From contig DAONFG010000013.1 in assembly GCA_035403465.1 (NCBI GenBank), positions 1,830 to 65,829 on the forward strand: 64,000 nucleotides of DNA, read 5' to 3'. The stretch's first letter is position 1; each line of letters begins with the position of its first letter. Positions 39,064-47,665 of the stretch are shown here, in pieces. The notes under the pieces are model-generated. The model saw only the letters and a program-made list of their open reading frames with translations. It was not told the DNA's origin and made no database searches. The stretch comes from Spirochaetota bacterium (lineage in GTDB: Bacteria > Spirochaetota > UBA4802 > UBA5550). A program made the position numbers and the translations under genes.

Positions 39064-40356
39064 ATGAAAAAGTATTCAATCATAGCATTGATTTTAACAA
39101 GCCTGCTGGTTACCGCATACCTCGTATTCATCAATAAAATCAACATATCAATCAGGTTAAGCGAACTCGCGGCAAGCCTGCAGGAGCTTGATAAAAATGA
39201 AAGTAACATTGACCATATAGGCCTTATCGCAACATATGAAATAAATAAAAAAATCTACGAAAACCGCATCCAGCAGGAGGAGGCTGACACGCTTGAGCAG
39301 GTTGTCGACTCTCTTGTCGTCAAAGAAAAAAATTACCCATCGGCAATACAGACTCAGTATGGTTTTTTATCCTTACCGGGCATATGGATAATCAATTTCA
39401 ACAGGAAAATACTCGGCAAAAATCCGCTGTATTACAAGGCTGATACAGGCAGCACATCTCCTGACCTTGATATGGCTTATTATTATGAAAGAAACTATTT
39501 ATTTGAACATGCCATCAAGCGCTACGAAAAGGCGCTTGAAGAGAGGACTCTCAGCAGTACATTCAGGGCAAGCATCCTGCTTCACCAGGGTTACTGCTAT
39601 GCTCTTGCGGGAATAAATGACAAAGCCCGGGCAAATTACCTGGCAATAATGGAAAAATTCCCCCAGGAAAGCAGCGCAATAACAGCGGCTATCCTGCTGA
39701 AATACCTTGAAGGGTTCCAGCTTGCACGGGACCGGATACTGGGTAGTGATGCCGATCCGCTCACCATGAGCCAGGACCTGATGAACCTGCTTGCGTACAA
39801 GCAGGCCATGCAGATCTTAAAGGAAGCGGAAAAAAAAGCCTCCCCTGATGATCTGCCAAGGATAAAGTATTTCATGGCAAGATGTTATACAGGTATGGGC
39901 CAGCCGGATAAGGCAATCGAGAGTCACCTGGAGGTTATTACCCGCTCGCCATCATCAGACTACGCCAGGGATTCCAACCGGAAGATCCTCCTGATTGGTA
40001 CAAGAAGCGGGGATAAAAAAATCATAGCCATAGCAAAAAAAGTCAATACCAGGCTTAAAGACCCGGTTTTTGACCAGATGGTTATTGAACAGGAAAAGAC
40101 AGGGAATACAGAAGAATTAACCGGAGTTGTAAAAATCGATCTCCCTCAAAAAATGATAGATGATGTGGATAAATACACGAAGACAGTTGAGGATAAACCC
40201 GCCGCGCAAAGAGAACTGGTCATACTTACAAGTGACGGTAACACTTTCAAGGGAATCCTTGTAAAAGAGACATCAGCAGAAGTCGTGCTCGAAACATCAA
40301 TCGGGACCATTACCGTAAAGAGAGAGAAAATCACCCGCATAACAGGGAAGGAATAG
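39064..40356 (+). CDS. membrane-anchored TPR-like protein
   Basis: It has an N-terminal TM helix and TPR-like pairs (AYYYERNYLFEHAIKRYEKAL; HQGYCYALAGINDKARANYLAIMEKFP; ARCYTGMGQPDKAIESHLEVI). It starts 9 nt after the previous stop. Confidence 0.6.
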   Translation: MKKYSIIALILTSLLVTAYLVFINKINISIRLSELAASLQELDKNESNIDHIGLIATYEINKKIYENRIQQEEADTLEQVVDSLVVKEKNYPSAIQTQYGFLSLPGIWIINFNRKILGKNPLYYKADTGSTSPDLDMAYYYERNYLFEHAIKRYEKALEERTLSSTFRASILLHQGYCYALAGINDKARANYLAIMEKFPQESSAITAAILLKYLEGFQLARDRILGSDADPLTMSQDLMNLLAYKQAMQILKEAEKKASPDDLPRIKYFMARCYTGMGQPDKAIESHLEVITRSPSSDYARDSNRKILLIGTRSGDKKIIAIAKKVNTRLKDPVFDQMVIEQEKTGNTEELTGVVKIDLPQKMIDDVDKYTKTVEDKPAAQRELVILTSDGNTFKGILVKETSAEVVLETSIGTITVKREKITRITGKE

Positions 40357-40363
40357 TATCCTT

Positions 40364-41185
40364 ATGCCAGCCAGGATCCTGCTTGCACTTATACTCACCA
40401 TATTCCCGTTCACAACGCTCTTTGCTGATATTATTATTACCATTGATGACATGGTCCTCAACGGCAAGATACTTGAAGAGAATAAAAAAACAGTTACATT
40501 CGGCAACTACCATGGAATCTTCATCATAGACCTTGACAAAATCAAGGAGATATACAGGACCGGCAGTTATGAAGATGATTTAAAAATACTCAGCGACAAG
40601 GGCAGAGTGGTCAATAAGGATGAAGTCAGAACCAACTACGATTCGGGACTAAAAAAGATCCGGGAATTTGAAATCGAGGAAGATGGCCGGGAACCTTTTA
40701 CTTACTTTAACCTTGCAATCGCGCCGTATATTATTTTTAATTTGGGAAAACTTGGTACGATCCTCCCCTGCAGTTACGGTGTTTCATTAACTGCCTGTAT
40801 TCCGGTCAGTAACTTCGAGTTCGCAAAAAAAATATTTCTTTCAGGTGTCAGTATCGAGGCCGGGTACTTTTATTCAGAGAAAGGAGAACGGGGTGTGACC
40901 GGGTACCGTGCATCAGCAGGACCGCAGTGGCAGTTCCCTGTTCTAACCGGTTCATTTAAACTGGACTGGTTTATTTCCGCTGCGTTCGGTGCAGGCTGGT
41001 ATAACGTAAAGGGACTGGAACAGGAGATGACAGCTGTAAAATGGAATTCCGGAATCAGTACCGGCCTGGTATTCACCGTTTCTTCAATAACGATTTCACC
41101 ACTGCTCAGGTTTGATTATATATATGACAGCAAGGTCCCCCTTTACGGAATGGGTGCTGCTCTAAGCTTAGGCTACAGGTTTTAA
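40364..41185 (+). CDS. putative outer-membrane beta-barrel protein
   Basis: It has a signal peptide (ILLALILTIFPFTTLFA) and an alternating-hydrophobic C-terminal half. It ends in ...AALSLGYRF, a terminal-Phe OMP signature. It starts 7 nt after the previous stop. Confidence 0.5.
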   Translation: MPARILLALILTIFPFTTLFADIIITIDDMVLNGKILEENKKTVTFGNYHGIFIIDLDKIKEIYRTGSYEDDLKILSDKGRVVNKDEVRTNYDSGLKKIREFEIEEDGREPFTYFNLAIAPYIIFNLGKLGTILPCSYGVSLTACIPVSNFEFAKKIFLSGVSIEAGYFYSEKGERGVTGYRASAGPQWQFPVLTGSFKLDWFISAAFGAGWYNVKGLEQEMTAVKWNSGISTGLVFTVSSITISPLLRFDYIYDSKVPLYGMGAALSLGYRF

Positions 41186-41196
41186 GCAGGCAAGTG

Positions 41197-42237
41197 ATGA
41201 GAATATTAAAATATAAATATAATTCCGGATACCAGGTAAAAGTAAAAAACCTGCTTCGCAGTTACCTGCTGCGCAAACTCTATGCACCGGCTGTAACACT
41301 GTTCAGTATAATCCTGTTATGTTCAGGGTGCGGCGATGAGTTCGGGATACTGCTGGATGATCCTCACACTGATCCTGGAATATACTGGACTGAAAATAAT
41401 AAAACAATCAACTATGTAAAGAAAGACAAAACCGGCAAAAAAACACTACTCACCGGTTCTGGCATACCACTTGACATAGAAATTTACCCTCCAGGCAGGA
41501 AAATATACTGGACTGAATACACTGGCAGCGCATTTCAGATATGGAACGCAAGTACTGACGGCAGCAGCAAAACCCTGTTTTACCAGCCGACAGGCAGTGA
41601 TTTCGGGCCAACAGCAATTGCGGTCGATCCCTTAACCGGACTGGTATACTGGAATGAATATAGCGTATCATCCGGTCACAATGATGTCTGGCGTTCGCCG
41701 GCATATGCCCCTGAAAAATGGGTTAAGACAATTACACCTTTTTACACCTTAGATATGTGCATCGATACGATAAACAATAGAATATATATTACAGCAAATA
41801 ATTACTGGGACATCTATACGACATCATCAATATTTTTTGGATCGGGAAACAGCGGTGTTATATGCAACGGCAACCTTATTGATGGCTCATACTCACTGCC
41901 GGTCAATGGAACGGGGCCGACGGATCCTTCTATTTCACTCAGGGGCATAGCAGCAGATGGGACTGCAGGTTATGTGTATTATGCAAACAATGACAGCTCG
42001 TACAATCAGACAATCAGAAGGGCACTATCAGCTAATTTAGCAGATAGCGAGGAATGGATTTCAGCAGGTAGCTATGCTATCCGGAAAATCGCTCTTGACC
42101 TTAAAGAGAGAAAAATATACTGGACATCGGGTTCTGGCACCAGCATTTGGCGTGCAGACATTGATACAGCGAATTCAAACATTGAACTATTCCTTTCCCT
42201 GGACAGCATACCTACAGGCATCGCCATTGTACCCTGA
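41197..42237 (+). CDS. lipoprotein with YWTD-type six-bladed beta-propeller repeats
   Basis: A lipobox-like LLCSGC is present. Six spaced repeats contain IYWTE / IYWTEY / VYWNEY / IYITAN / VYYANN / IYWTSG, reminiscent of LDL-receptor class B (YWTD) blades. Confidence 0.6.
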   Translation: MRILKYKYNSGYQVKVKNLLRSYLLRKLYAPAVTLFSIILLCSGCGDEFGILLDDPHTDPGIYWTENNKTINYVKKDKTGKKTLLTGSGIPLDIEIYPPGRKIYWTEYTGSAFQIWNASTDGSSKTLFYQPTGSDFGPTAIAVDPLTGLVYWNEYSVSSGHNDVWRSPAYAPEKWVKTITPFYTLDMCIDTINNRIYITANNYWDIYTTSSIFFGSGNSGVICNGNLIDGSYSLPVNGTGPTDPSISLRGIAADGTAGYVYYANNDSSYNQTIRRALSANLADSEEWISAGSYAIRKIALDLKERKIYWTSGSGTSIWRADIDTANSNIELFLSLDSIPTGIAIVP

Positions 42238-42265
42238 TCCCCGGCGATACCGCTCCCCTGACCAA

Positions 42266-44335
42266 TCATAAATATTTCGATATAAGTTCATCAACCGGAA
42301 CCGGACGGCAGAAATAGAATCCCTGGAACATGTCGCATCCCAGGCCTTTAAAAAATTCAAACTGTTCCTGCGTCTCAAAGCCCTCTGCTATAACCTGCAG
42401 GTCAAGGGAATGCGCCAGTTCCATGATATGCCGCACCATCGCCTCTTTCCTTGGATCTCCAGGTACTGACTGCGTAAAAACCATATCCATTTTTAGAATA
42501 TCAACCGGAAGCTCGGCAAGGTATGTAAGCGAAGAAAATCCCTTGCCGAAATCATCTATCGCGATTTTAAAACCGCTAGTCTTAAGCCGGGAAAGGCTCT
42601 CCCTGCCCGCAGCAATGTTCTCCATCAGCCGGTCTTCAGTTACCTCAAGTGTTATGCGGTTATTTTCGATCCCGTGCTGCGCCGCGAATGACGAAAGAAA
42701 TTCACTGTACGCTGTATCGACCAGCTGGATTGTGGATAGGTTTATACTTGTGCTGAACCTGTTCCTGATTTTCATCTCCATATCATGAAAAGCCTTATGA
42801 ACGACCATGTTGTCGACCTCTTTCATAAGTCCCGCATCCTCCAAAACAGGCAGGTACTTATCGGGTGCCCCTATGGAAGTGTCGCTTCCAGTGTACCTCA
42901 GAAGAGCTTCTGCGTGGATCAGTTTTTTATCATGATCAACAATCGGCTGGTAAAACAACGTGAACTCGTTCATGACTATACTGTTCCTGAGTATATTGAC
43001 TGTATGAATTTTCCTGCTTGTGACATCCAGGAGGTCCTGTGTAAATACCTGGAAGGTATTCTTTGTTTTTTTTGCACTGCCGATTACCCGGTAGGCATTG
43101 CTGAGAATTGTTGTGACATCCCTGCCGTCCTGGGGCACCTGGAGCACGCCGGCGCTGGCAGTTATCATGCAGGTAATCCCTGAAACTCGGAAAGGATTCC
43201 TGAGGCAGGTGATAATTTTGCCGGCAATGTCCTGCGCTTCTTCCATTGTCACTACATCCCAGAGCATGAGGGCAAATTCATCACCACCTATGCGGTAGAG
43301 AGATCCGCAAGTTGAAAAAAGTTCTATGATCCTTTCAACAAGCATCTCCAGCACATCATCACCGACATTTTCACCGTAACATTCGTTCAGGCTCTGGAAA
43401 TCATCAATATCAAGGAAAACAATAAACATGGTGCTCCTTTCCCTGTCGATCCTGGTCAGTTCATCCTGGAGATCCTTGTGGAACGCCATCCTTCCCGAGA
43501 TATTCAAGGCCAGGTCATTGTAGATGGAGAATTCCAGTACAGTCCTGGCTATCTCCATCTGATCGGCTTTTGTAAAGATAGTTTTAATCCTGCCCCAGGT
43601 GATGAAAAGCAGGCAGCTCACTATACCCAGGCTGAAAGAAGGGATCATGGTGCTCCCGCTGGCGCTTACAGGCGTGAATATAATATTATAGAGATAAAAT
43701 GAAAGGAAATAGGTGATGATTATCATTCCGGCTATCATGTACCTGTCAGGGTAAATGTCATGCCTGGCCAGGCCGTAAACCAGGATTATACATAATGAAT
43801 AGACCGCGTAGATCACCAGCATTATATTTTTTATCATGAACAACGGTCCGGTATCACTTCCCTGCATGTGCATTTTATAAATAACATCGCCATTCCCGGT
43901 TAATTCTTTGATCATCAGGCCCGGATTGTAAAGGGTTGCAGCGGCGATCAGAAAAAATACGGCTAGTGATGCCCTCAGCAGGACTGTGTTATATTTATTT
44001 ATTATCCGCCCATGACCGGAAATTTGTCTGATATACACCAGAAGAATGACAGGGAAGACGAGCATGAACGTTTCACGAAAAATAAGACAAAAAGCGGCCC
44101 TGCCTGTATCGGGATAGATATATGAAAAAATAAACGCGAAAGCATCGGCGGATATATAGATCAACACTGTACAGCTGAACACCATCGAGAGTAATGTTTC
44201 CTTTTTCCTTAGAATGCAGTATGTATATGAAAACTGCATCAGGGCGCAACTGGCAATTCCTGCGAAAAGAATTGTTACGGTAAAATATAATAACGGAATA
44301 TTGGCCATGCTCACCCCTGTAAAACTACTTTCCAT
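42266..44335 (-). CDS. polytopic membrane sensor with GGDEF and EAL domains (both apparently intact)
   Basis: The N-terminal ~260 aa are multi-TM. The GGDEF domain shows FLDIDDFQSLNECYG...YRIGGDEFALML. The EAL domain shows YQPIVD...AEALLRY, IDDFGKGFSSLTYL, KMDMVF and IAEGFETQEQ. Confidence 0.9.
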   Translation of the reverse strand: MESSFTGVSMANIPLLYFTVTILFAGIASCALMQFSYTYCILRKKETLLSMVFSCTVLIYISADAFAFIFSYIYPDTGRAAFCLIFRETFMLVFPVILLVYIRQISGHGRIINKYNTVLLRASLAVFFLIAAATLYNPGLMIKELTGNGDVIYKMHMQGSDTGPLFMIKNIMLVIYAVYSLCIILVYGLARHDIYPDRYMIAGMIIITYFLSFYLYNIIFTPVSASGSTMIPSFSLGIVSCLLFITWGRIKTIFTKADQMEIARTVLEFSIYNDLALNISGRMAFHKDLQDELTRIDRERSTMFIVFLDIDDFQSLNECYGENVGDDVLEMLVERIIELFSTCGSLYRIGGDEFALMLWDVVTMEEAQDIAGKIITCLRNPFRVSGITCMITASAGVLQVPQDGRDVTTILSNAYRVIGSAKKTKNTFQVFTQDLLDVTSRKIHTVNILRNSIVMNEFTLFYQPIVDHDKKLIHAEALLRYTGSDTSIGAPDKYLPVLEDAGLMKEVDNMVVHKAFHDMEMKIRNRFSTSINLSTIQLVDTAYSEFLSSFAAQHGIENNRITLEVTEDRLMENIAAGRESLSRLKTSGFKIAIDDFGKGFSSLTYLAELPVDILKMDMVFTQSVPGDPRKEAMVRHIMELAHSLDLQVIAEGFETQEQFEFFKGLGCDMFQGFYFCRPVPVDELISKYL

Positions 44336-44666
44336 TTATAATATGGACGTTTATAATGCATTAATCAACCCTTAACCGGAAATAAAATAATCCGGCATTG
44401 CAATATGTGATATTCCGTTTCCCTGTTTGTCAATTATGATAATACTTTTTTATTGCGCTGATATTCAGAAGGTACTGGCATATAATGCTCCCTGGTAAAT
44501 AAAATATATAATTAATCTGATTTTTCAATCCTGAAATATTGACTGAAGATCGATTTTTATACAATATACTTAGATAAGCTGTTAGTTCAGGGATCATTGT
44601 TAATCTATCCCCGATTGAAAATGAAGCTGCCAGGGTAACAATTAACATATATTGAGAGGTTTCCTG

Positions 44667-45584
44667 ATGTTAAGACTTACACAGATTATCCGTCATGCTG
44701 CTGTACTAATCCTTGTATACACATTAGCCATGGGAATCTCCGCCACCCTGGCCGGGGAAACATCGGACTTTACTGTTCGAATGAACGACCGGCAGGCCCT
44801 GAAAAAACTTGAACCATGGAAGAGATCCATGCTGGACACATACCTTGCAGCAAACAGGCGCTCATCAAAACCCGATGCAGTGAGTTTTACCATGATGACT
44901 TTATCACTCATGCCCGGAAAAGATATATACTTTGCCGACGGATACGCCCGGGGCGGACACGAATTTTTAATTCCCCTGCTGCTCATTGCAGATAAAGATA
45001 AAGCCCGCATTCTTGATACCGGCACCGACCGACTTGACTCCGATGGAAATAAAAAATCTTTTACGGTTTCAAATGCCTGCACCCGGGAGTATTATGCGGA
45101 AACTGACCGGTACGACTCAGGTTCCGGCGCTAAATGTGACAAGTGCTTTAACCAGCTTAAAAAACATTCATGCATTGACCTGAATTCACTGCTGACAGAA
45201 ACGATAAAATCAGCTGTTAATGAAAATAAAATTGGCAGGGAATTTATATTAAACGGGGCAAGATGCATGGCAATCCTGGTAAACAATTCACGGGAGGCTT
45301 ACATTCCTGAAAAATCCGGGGATATAATAGATGAGCGGTTTAAAGCGCTGATCAAATCCGGAAAACAGCGGACAGGCGCGGCCTGTTGGAATAAAGAAAA
45401 CAAATCCATAGAATCCCCGTTAATACAGGTTTCGGGAAACAGTTTCAGCATATCAGGAGTTATGGAAATTACTGGAGGTTCACCGGGTAACAGCTGCCTC
45501 ATCGAATTTGAATTCTCATGGGACGGGAAAACAATCCGCTTCATACAGAAGGAACTGGCAAAGACCATAACGTACATTGAATAA
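44667..45584 (+). CDS. hypothetical secreted protein
   Basis: The signal peptide starts at ATG 44667 (MLRLTQIIRHAAVLILVYTLAMGISATLAG). It contains several Cys residues, and no motif was recognised. Confidence 0.5.
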   Translation: MLRLTQIIRHAAVLILVYTLAMGISATLAGETSDFTVRMNDRQALKKLEPWKRSMLDTYLAANRRSSKPDAVSFTMMTLSLMPGKDIYFADGYARGGHEFLIPLLLIADKDKARILDTGTDRLDSDGNKKSFTVSNACTREYYAETDRYDSGSGAKCDKCFNQLKKHSCIDLNSLLTETIKSAVNENKIGREFILNGARCMAILVNNSREAYIPEKSGDIIDERFKALIKSGKQRTGAACWNKENKSIESPLIQVSGNSFSISGVMEITGGSPGNSCLIEFEFSWDGKTIRFIQKELAKTITYIE

Positions 45585-45588
45585 TAAA

Positions 45589-45614
45589 AGAGGCTGCCTG
45601 TTAAGGCAGCCTCT
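45589..45614 (-). terminator. rho-independent terminator for ACAD paralogue 2 (hairpin also follows the + strand gene)
   Basis: AGAGGCTGCCtgttaaGGCAGCCTCT has a 10-bp stem. On the minus strand it is followed by TTTTATTATT. Confidence 0.75.
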
Positions 45615-45669
45615 CCATATTCATGATCTCTATTTTTCAGCAGGACTATCCCGCCGGTAACAATCAATG

Positions 45670-47367
45670 TCAGTCATTCATCCTGTATTCAGATTTCATC
45701 GGGTAAACCCATTTCTCCCATACCCTCATGAACTTATCCATATCCGCAACGGGGTTCATGATCATCTTCATGCAGTATGCAAGCTGTTCAGGTGAATTTG
45801 ACTTCTTCTGGTAGAGCTGCACAGCGTACTTTGAGAAGTCCCTGACAAGCACGTCAAAGATCATATCAAGTACATCGTCTTCTACTTTCTGGAGGTGCGC
45901 ATTTTCAATGATGAGCTGGCCGTAAGCAACAACGGTCATCAGTTCACCTATTGCAAGGAGATAATCGATATCTGAATTCTGTGCTTTTGTAGGTGTTGCC
46001 TTGGCAAGGAATTCCTTGAACACGAGTATCTGCTTTTTAAGAACATTTATATTCGGAAGGTCCTTGCTGTTATACGCTATATTGTAATCATGGAACTGTA
46101 TCCTGCTCAGGCCGCTTGTTGGTCCCTGGTTCAGGAGGAAAGTGTCATTCCTGTCATCAGCAACAGACGGGATTGCAGGGAACTGGCCGGGGTTGAAGAA
46201 GTAATTTGTTATGAACTTAACAACAAGCGCCATGTTTACATGCACTGTACCTTCAAGTTTGGGATACATCCTGATCTCAACTGTAGCCATCTCGAAGTAT
46301 GGTTCACTCTCGAATCCCCTTGCCGCAATAACGTCCCACAGCAGGTTGATTACCTCTTCCCCTTCCCTTGTGACCTTCATTTTACAGAGCGGATCATAAA
46401 GCAGGTAGCGCCTGTCTTCTGCAGATGCCGTCCTCATATAGTCAACAGCGCGAAGGTTAAAGAGCTTCATCGCGCATATGCGCAGGTAAGCGTCTGTAAG
46501 GAGCTGTTTAACATGCGGAAAATCTGTTACATACTTTCCGTAAAGGTTCCTGTTTGCAGCATGCTCAACCGCTTCATAGAATGCGTGTGTGGCGATACCC
46601 ACGGCTCCTGGCCCCAGGTTGAATTTACACACGTTTACAGTATTCAGCATGTTGTCCCACGCCTTGGGACCTTTTTCCGATATATCAGCATTGGTTATGG
46701 GGTAGTCATGAACAGCATATTCAGAAACATAGTTCTGGTGGGCAACAACGTTCCGGATACACTCATAGTTTTTATGTTTTGAATCAACTGTGAAGAATAC
46801 ATATTCATTTGTATCAGCCATCTTGGCGAATGTTGATACCATTGCGGCTTCATTACCGTTCCCGATATAATACTTGTCGCCGTTTGCCTTGTATGTGCCG
46901 TCACCCTGCGGGTAAAGCATCATATCGCTTGAATAGATGTCTGCACCATGTTCTTTTTCTGAAAGGCCGAAAGCGAATACTTCACCCTCTTCAAGAAGTT
47001 TCGCGGCCTTATGCTTCATCTCCTCATTGCTTCCCATCCAGATGGGGCATATTCCGAGCATTGAAACGTCCCATACATACCAGTATGTGATCCCGTAGAA
47101 TCCCATGAGTTCAGCCCAGTGGAAAGTCCGGTATGTATCCCACCTGTTGTCCTTTGCGCCATATCCTGCAGGCGTGAGCAGTTTGGCAAAGTATTTGTGT
47201 TCCTTCTGAAAATCAACAAAATCCTTTGGCCATGTCCTGTTGTGGTAGTCCTCTTTAACCTTTTTGAGTCCTTTCTTTTCGAAAAACTCGATGGTCTTAA
47301 GCATCATCTCCTTCGATTCCTTGTCAGGAAACTCCACATTGTATTTTTTCGGATTTAAAAGTAGCAT
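45670..47367 (-). CDS. acyl-CoA dehydrogenase-family protein, long form, paralogue 2
   Basis: It is colinear with 35576..37291, and by eye roughly half the positions are identical. Shared blocks are FGLSEKEHGADIYSS, GDGTY.ANG.KYYIGNGN, KLEGT.HVNMAL and DYLLA.GEL.T.VAYG.LIIE. Confidence 0.75.
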   Translation of the reverse strand: MLLLNPKKYNVEFPDKESKEMMLKTIEFFEKKGLKKVKEDYHNRTWPKDFVDFQKEHKYFAKLLTPAGYGAKDNRWDTYRTFHWAELMGFYGITYWYVWDVSMLGICPIWMGSNEEMKHKAAKLLEEGEVFAFGLSEKEHGADIYSSDMMLYPQGDGTYKANGDKYYIGNGNEAAMVSTFAKMADTNEYVFFTVDSKHKNYECIRNVVAHQNYVSEYAVHDYPITNADISEKGPKAWDNMLNTVNVCKFNLGPGAVGIATHAFYEAVEHAANRNLYGKYVTDFPHVKQLLTDAYLRICAMKLFNLRAVDYMRTASAEDRRYLLYDPLCKMKVTREGEEVINLLWDVIAARGFESEPYFEMATVEIRMYPKLEGTVHVNMALVVKFITNYFFNPGQFPAIPSVADDRNDTFLLNQGPTSGLSRIQFHDYNIAYNSKDLPNINVLKKQILVFKEFLAKATPTKAQNSDIDYLLAIGELMTVVAYGQLIIENAHLQKVEDDVLDMIFDVLVRDFSKYAVQLYQKKSNSPEQLAYCMKMIMNPVADMDKFMRVWEKWVYPMKSEYRMND

Positions 47368-47478
47368 CTGGTTACCTCTTTATTTATTTATAAACAGAAT
47401 GTGAAATATTTTGAGTATTGGTTCCTCTGAAAAAACATCATTAACAGGACTTTTACAGAAAAAATTGACATGTCAGCC

Positions 47479-47503
47479 TTATTAACAATATTGATGTTAA
47501 TAA
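47479..47503. promoter_or_regulatory. putative operator palindrome upstream of ACAD paralogue 2
   Basis: A 9-bp inverted repeat, TTATTAACA-N7-TGTTAATAA, has the same N7 spacing and TTATT.AA half-site flavour as 37336..37366. It overlaps a minus-strand TTGACA-N17/19 AT-rich promoter. Confidence 0.4.
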
Positions 47504-47665
47504 AAAAGATTGCACCTTTATTGTCAATATTTTTGCGCCGTTTTTTATAACAAAATTCTCTTAAATGAAACATATTCCATAACCGGAACAAAAAACCTGA
47601 TAATTATTTGACCTTGTATGCCGGTGATAAACATTGGATAAAAACCTGATTAAGGGAGTAAAAAT

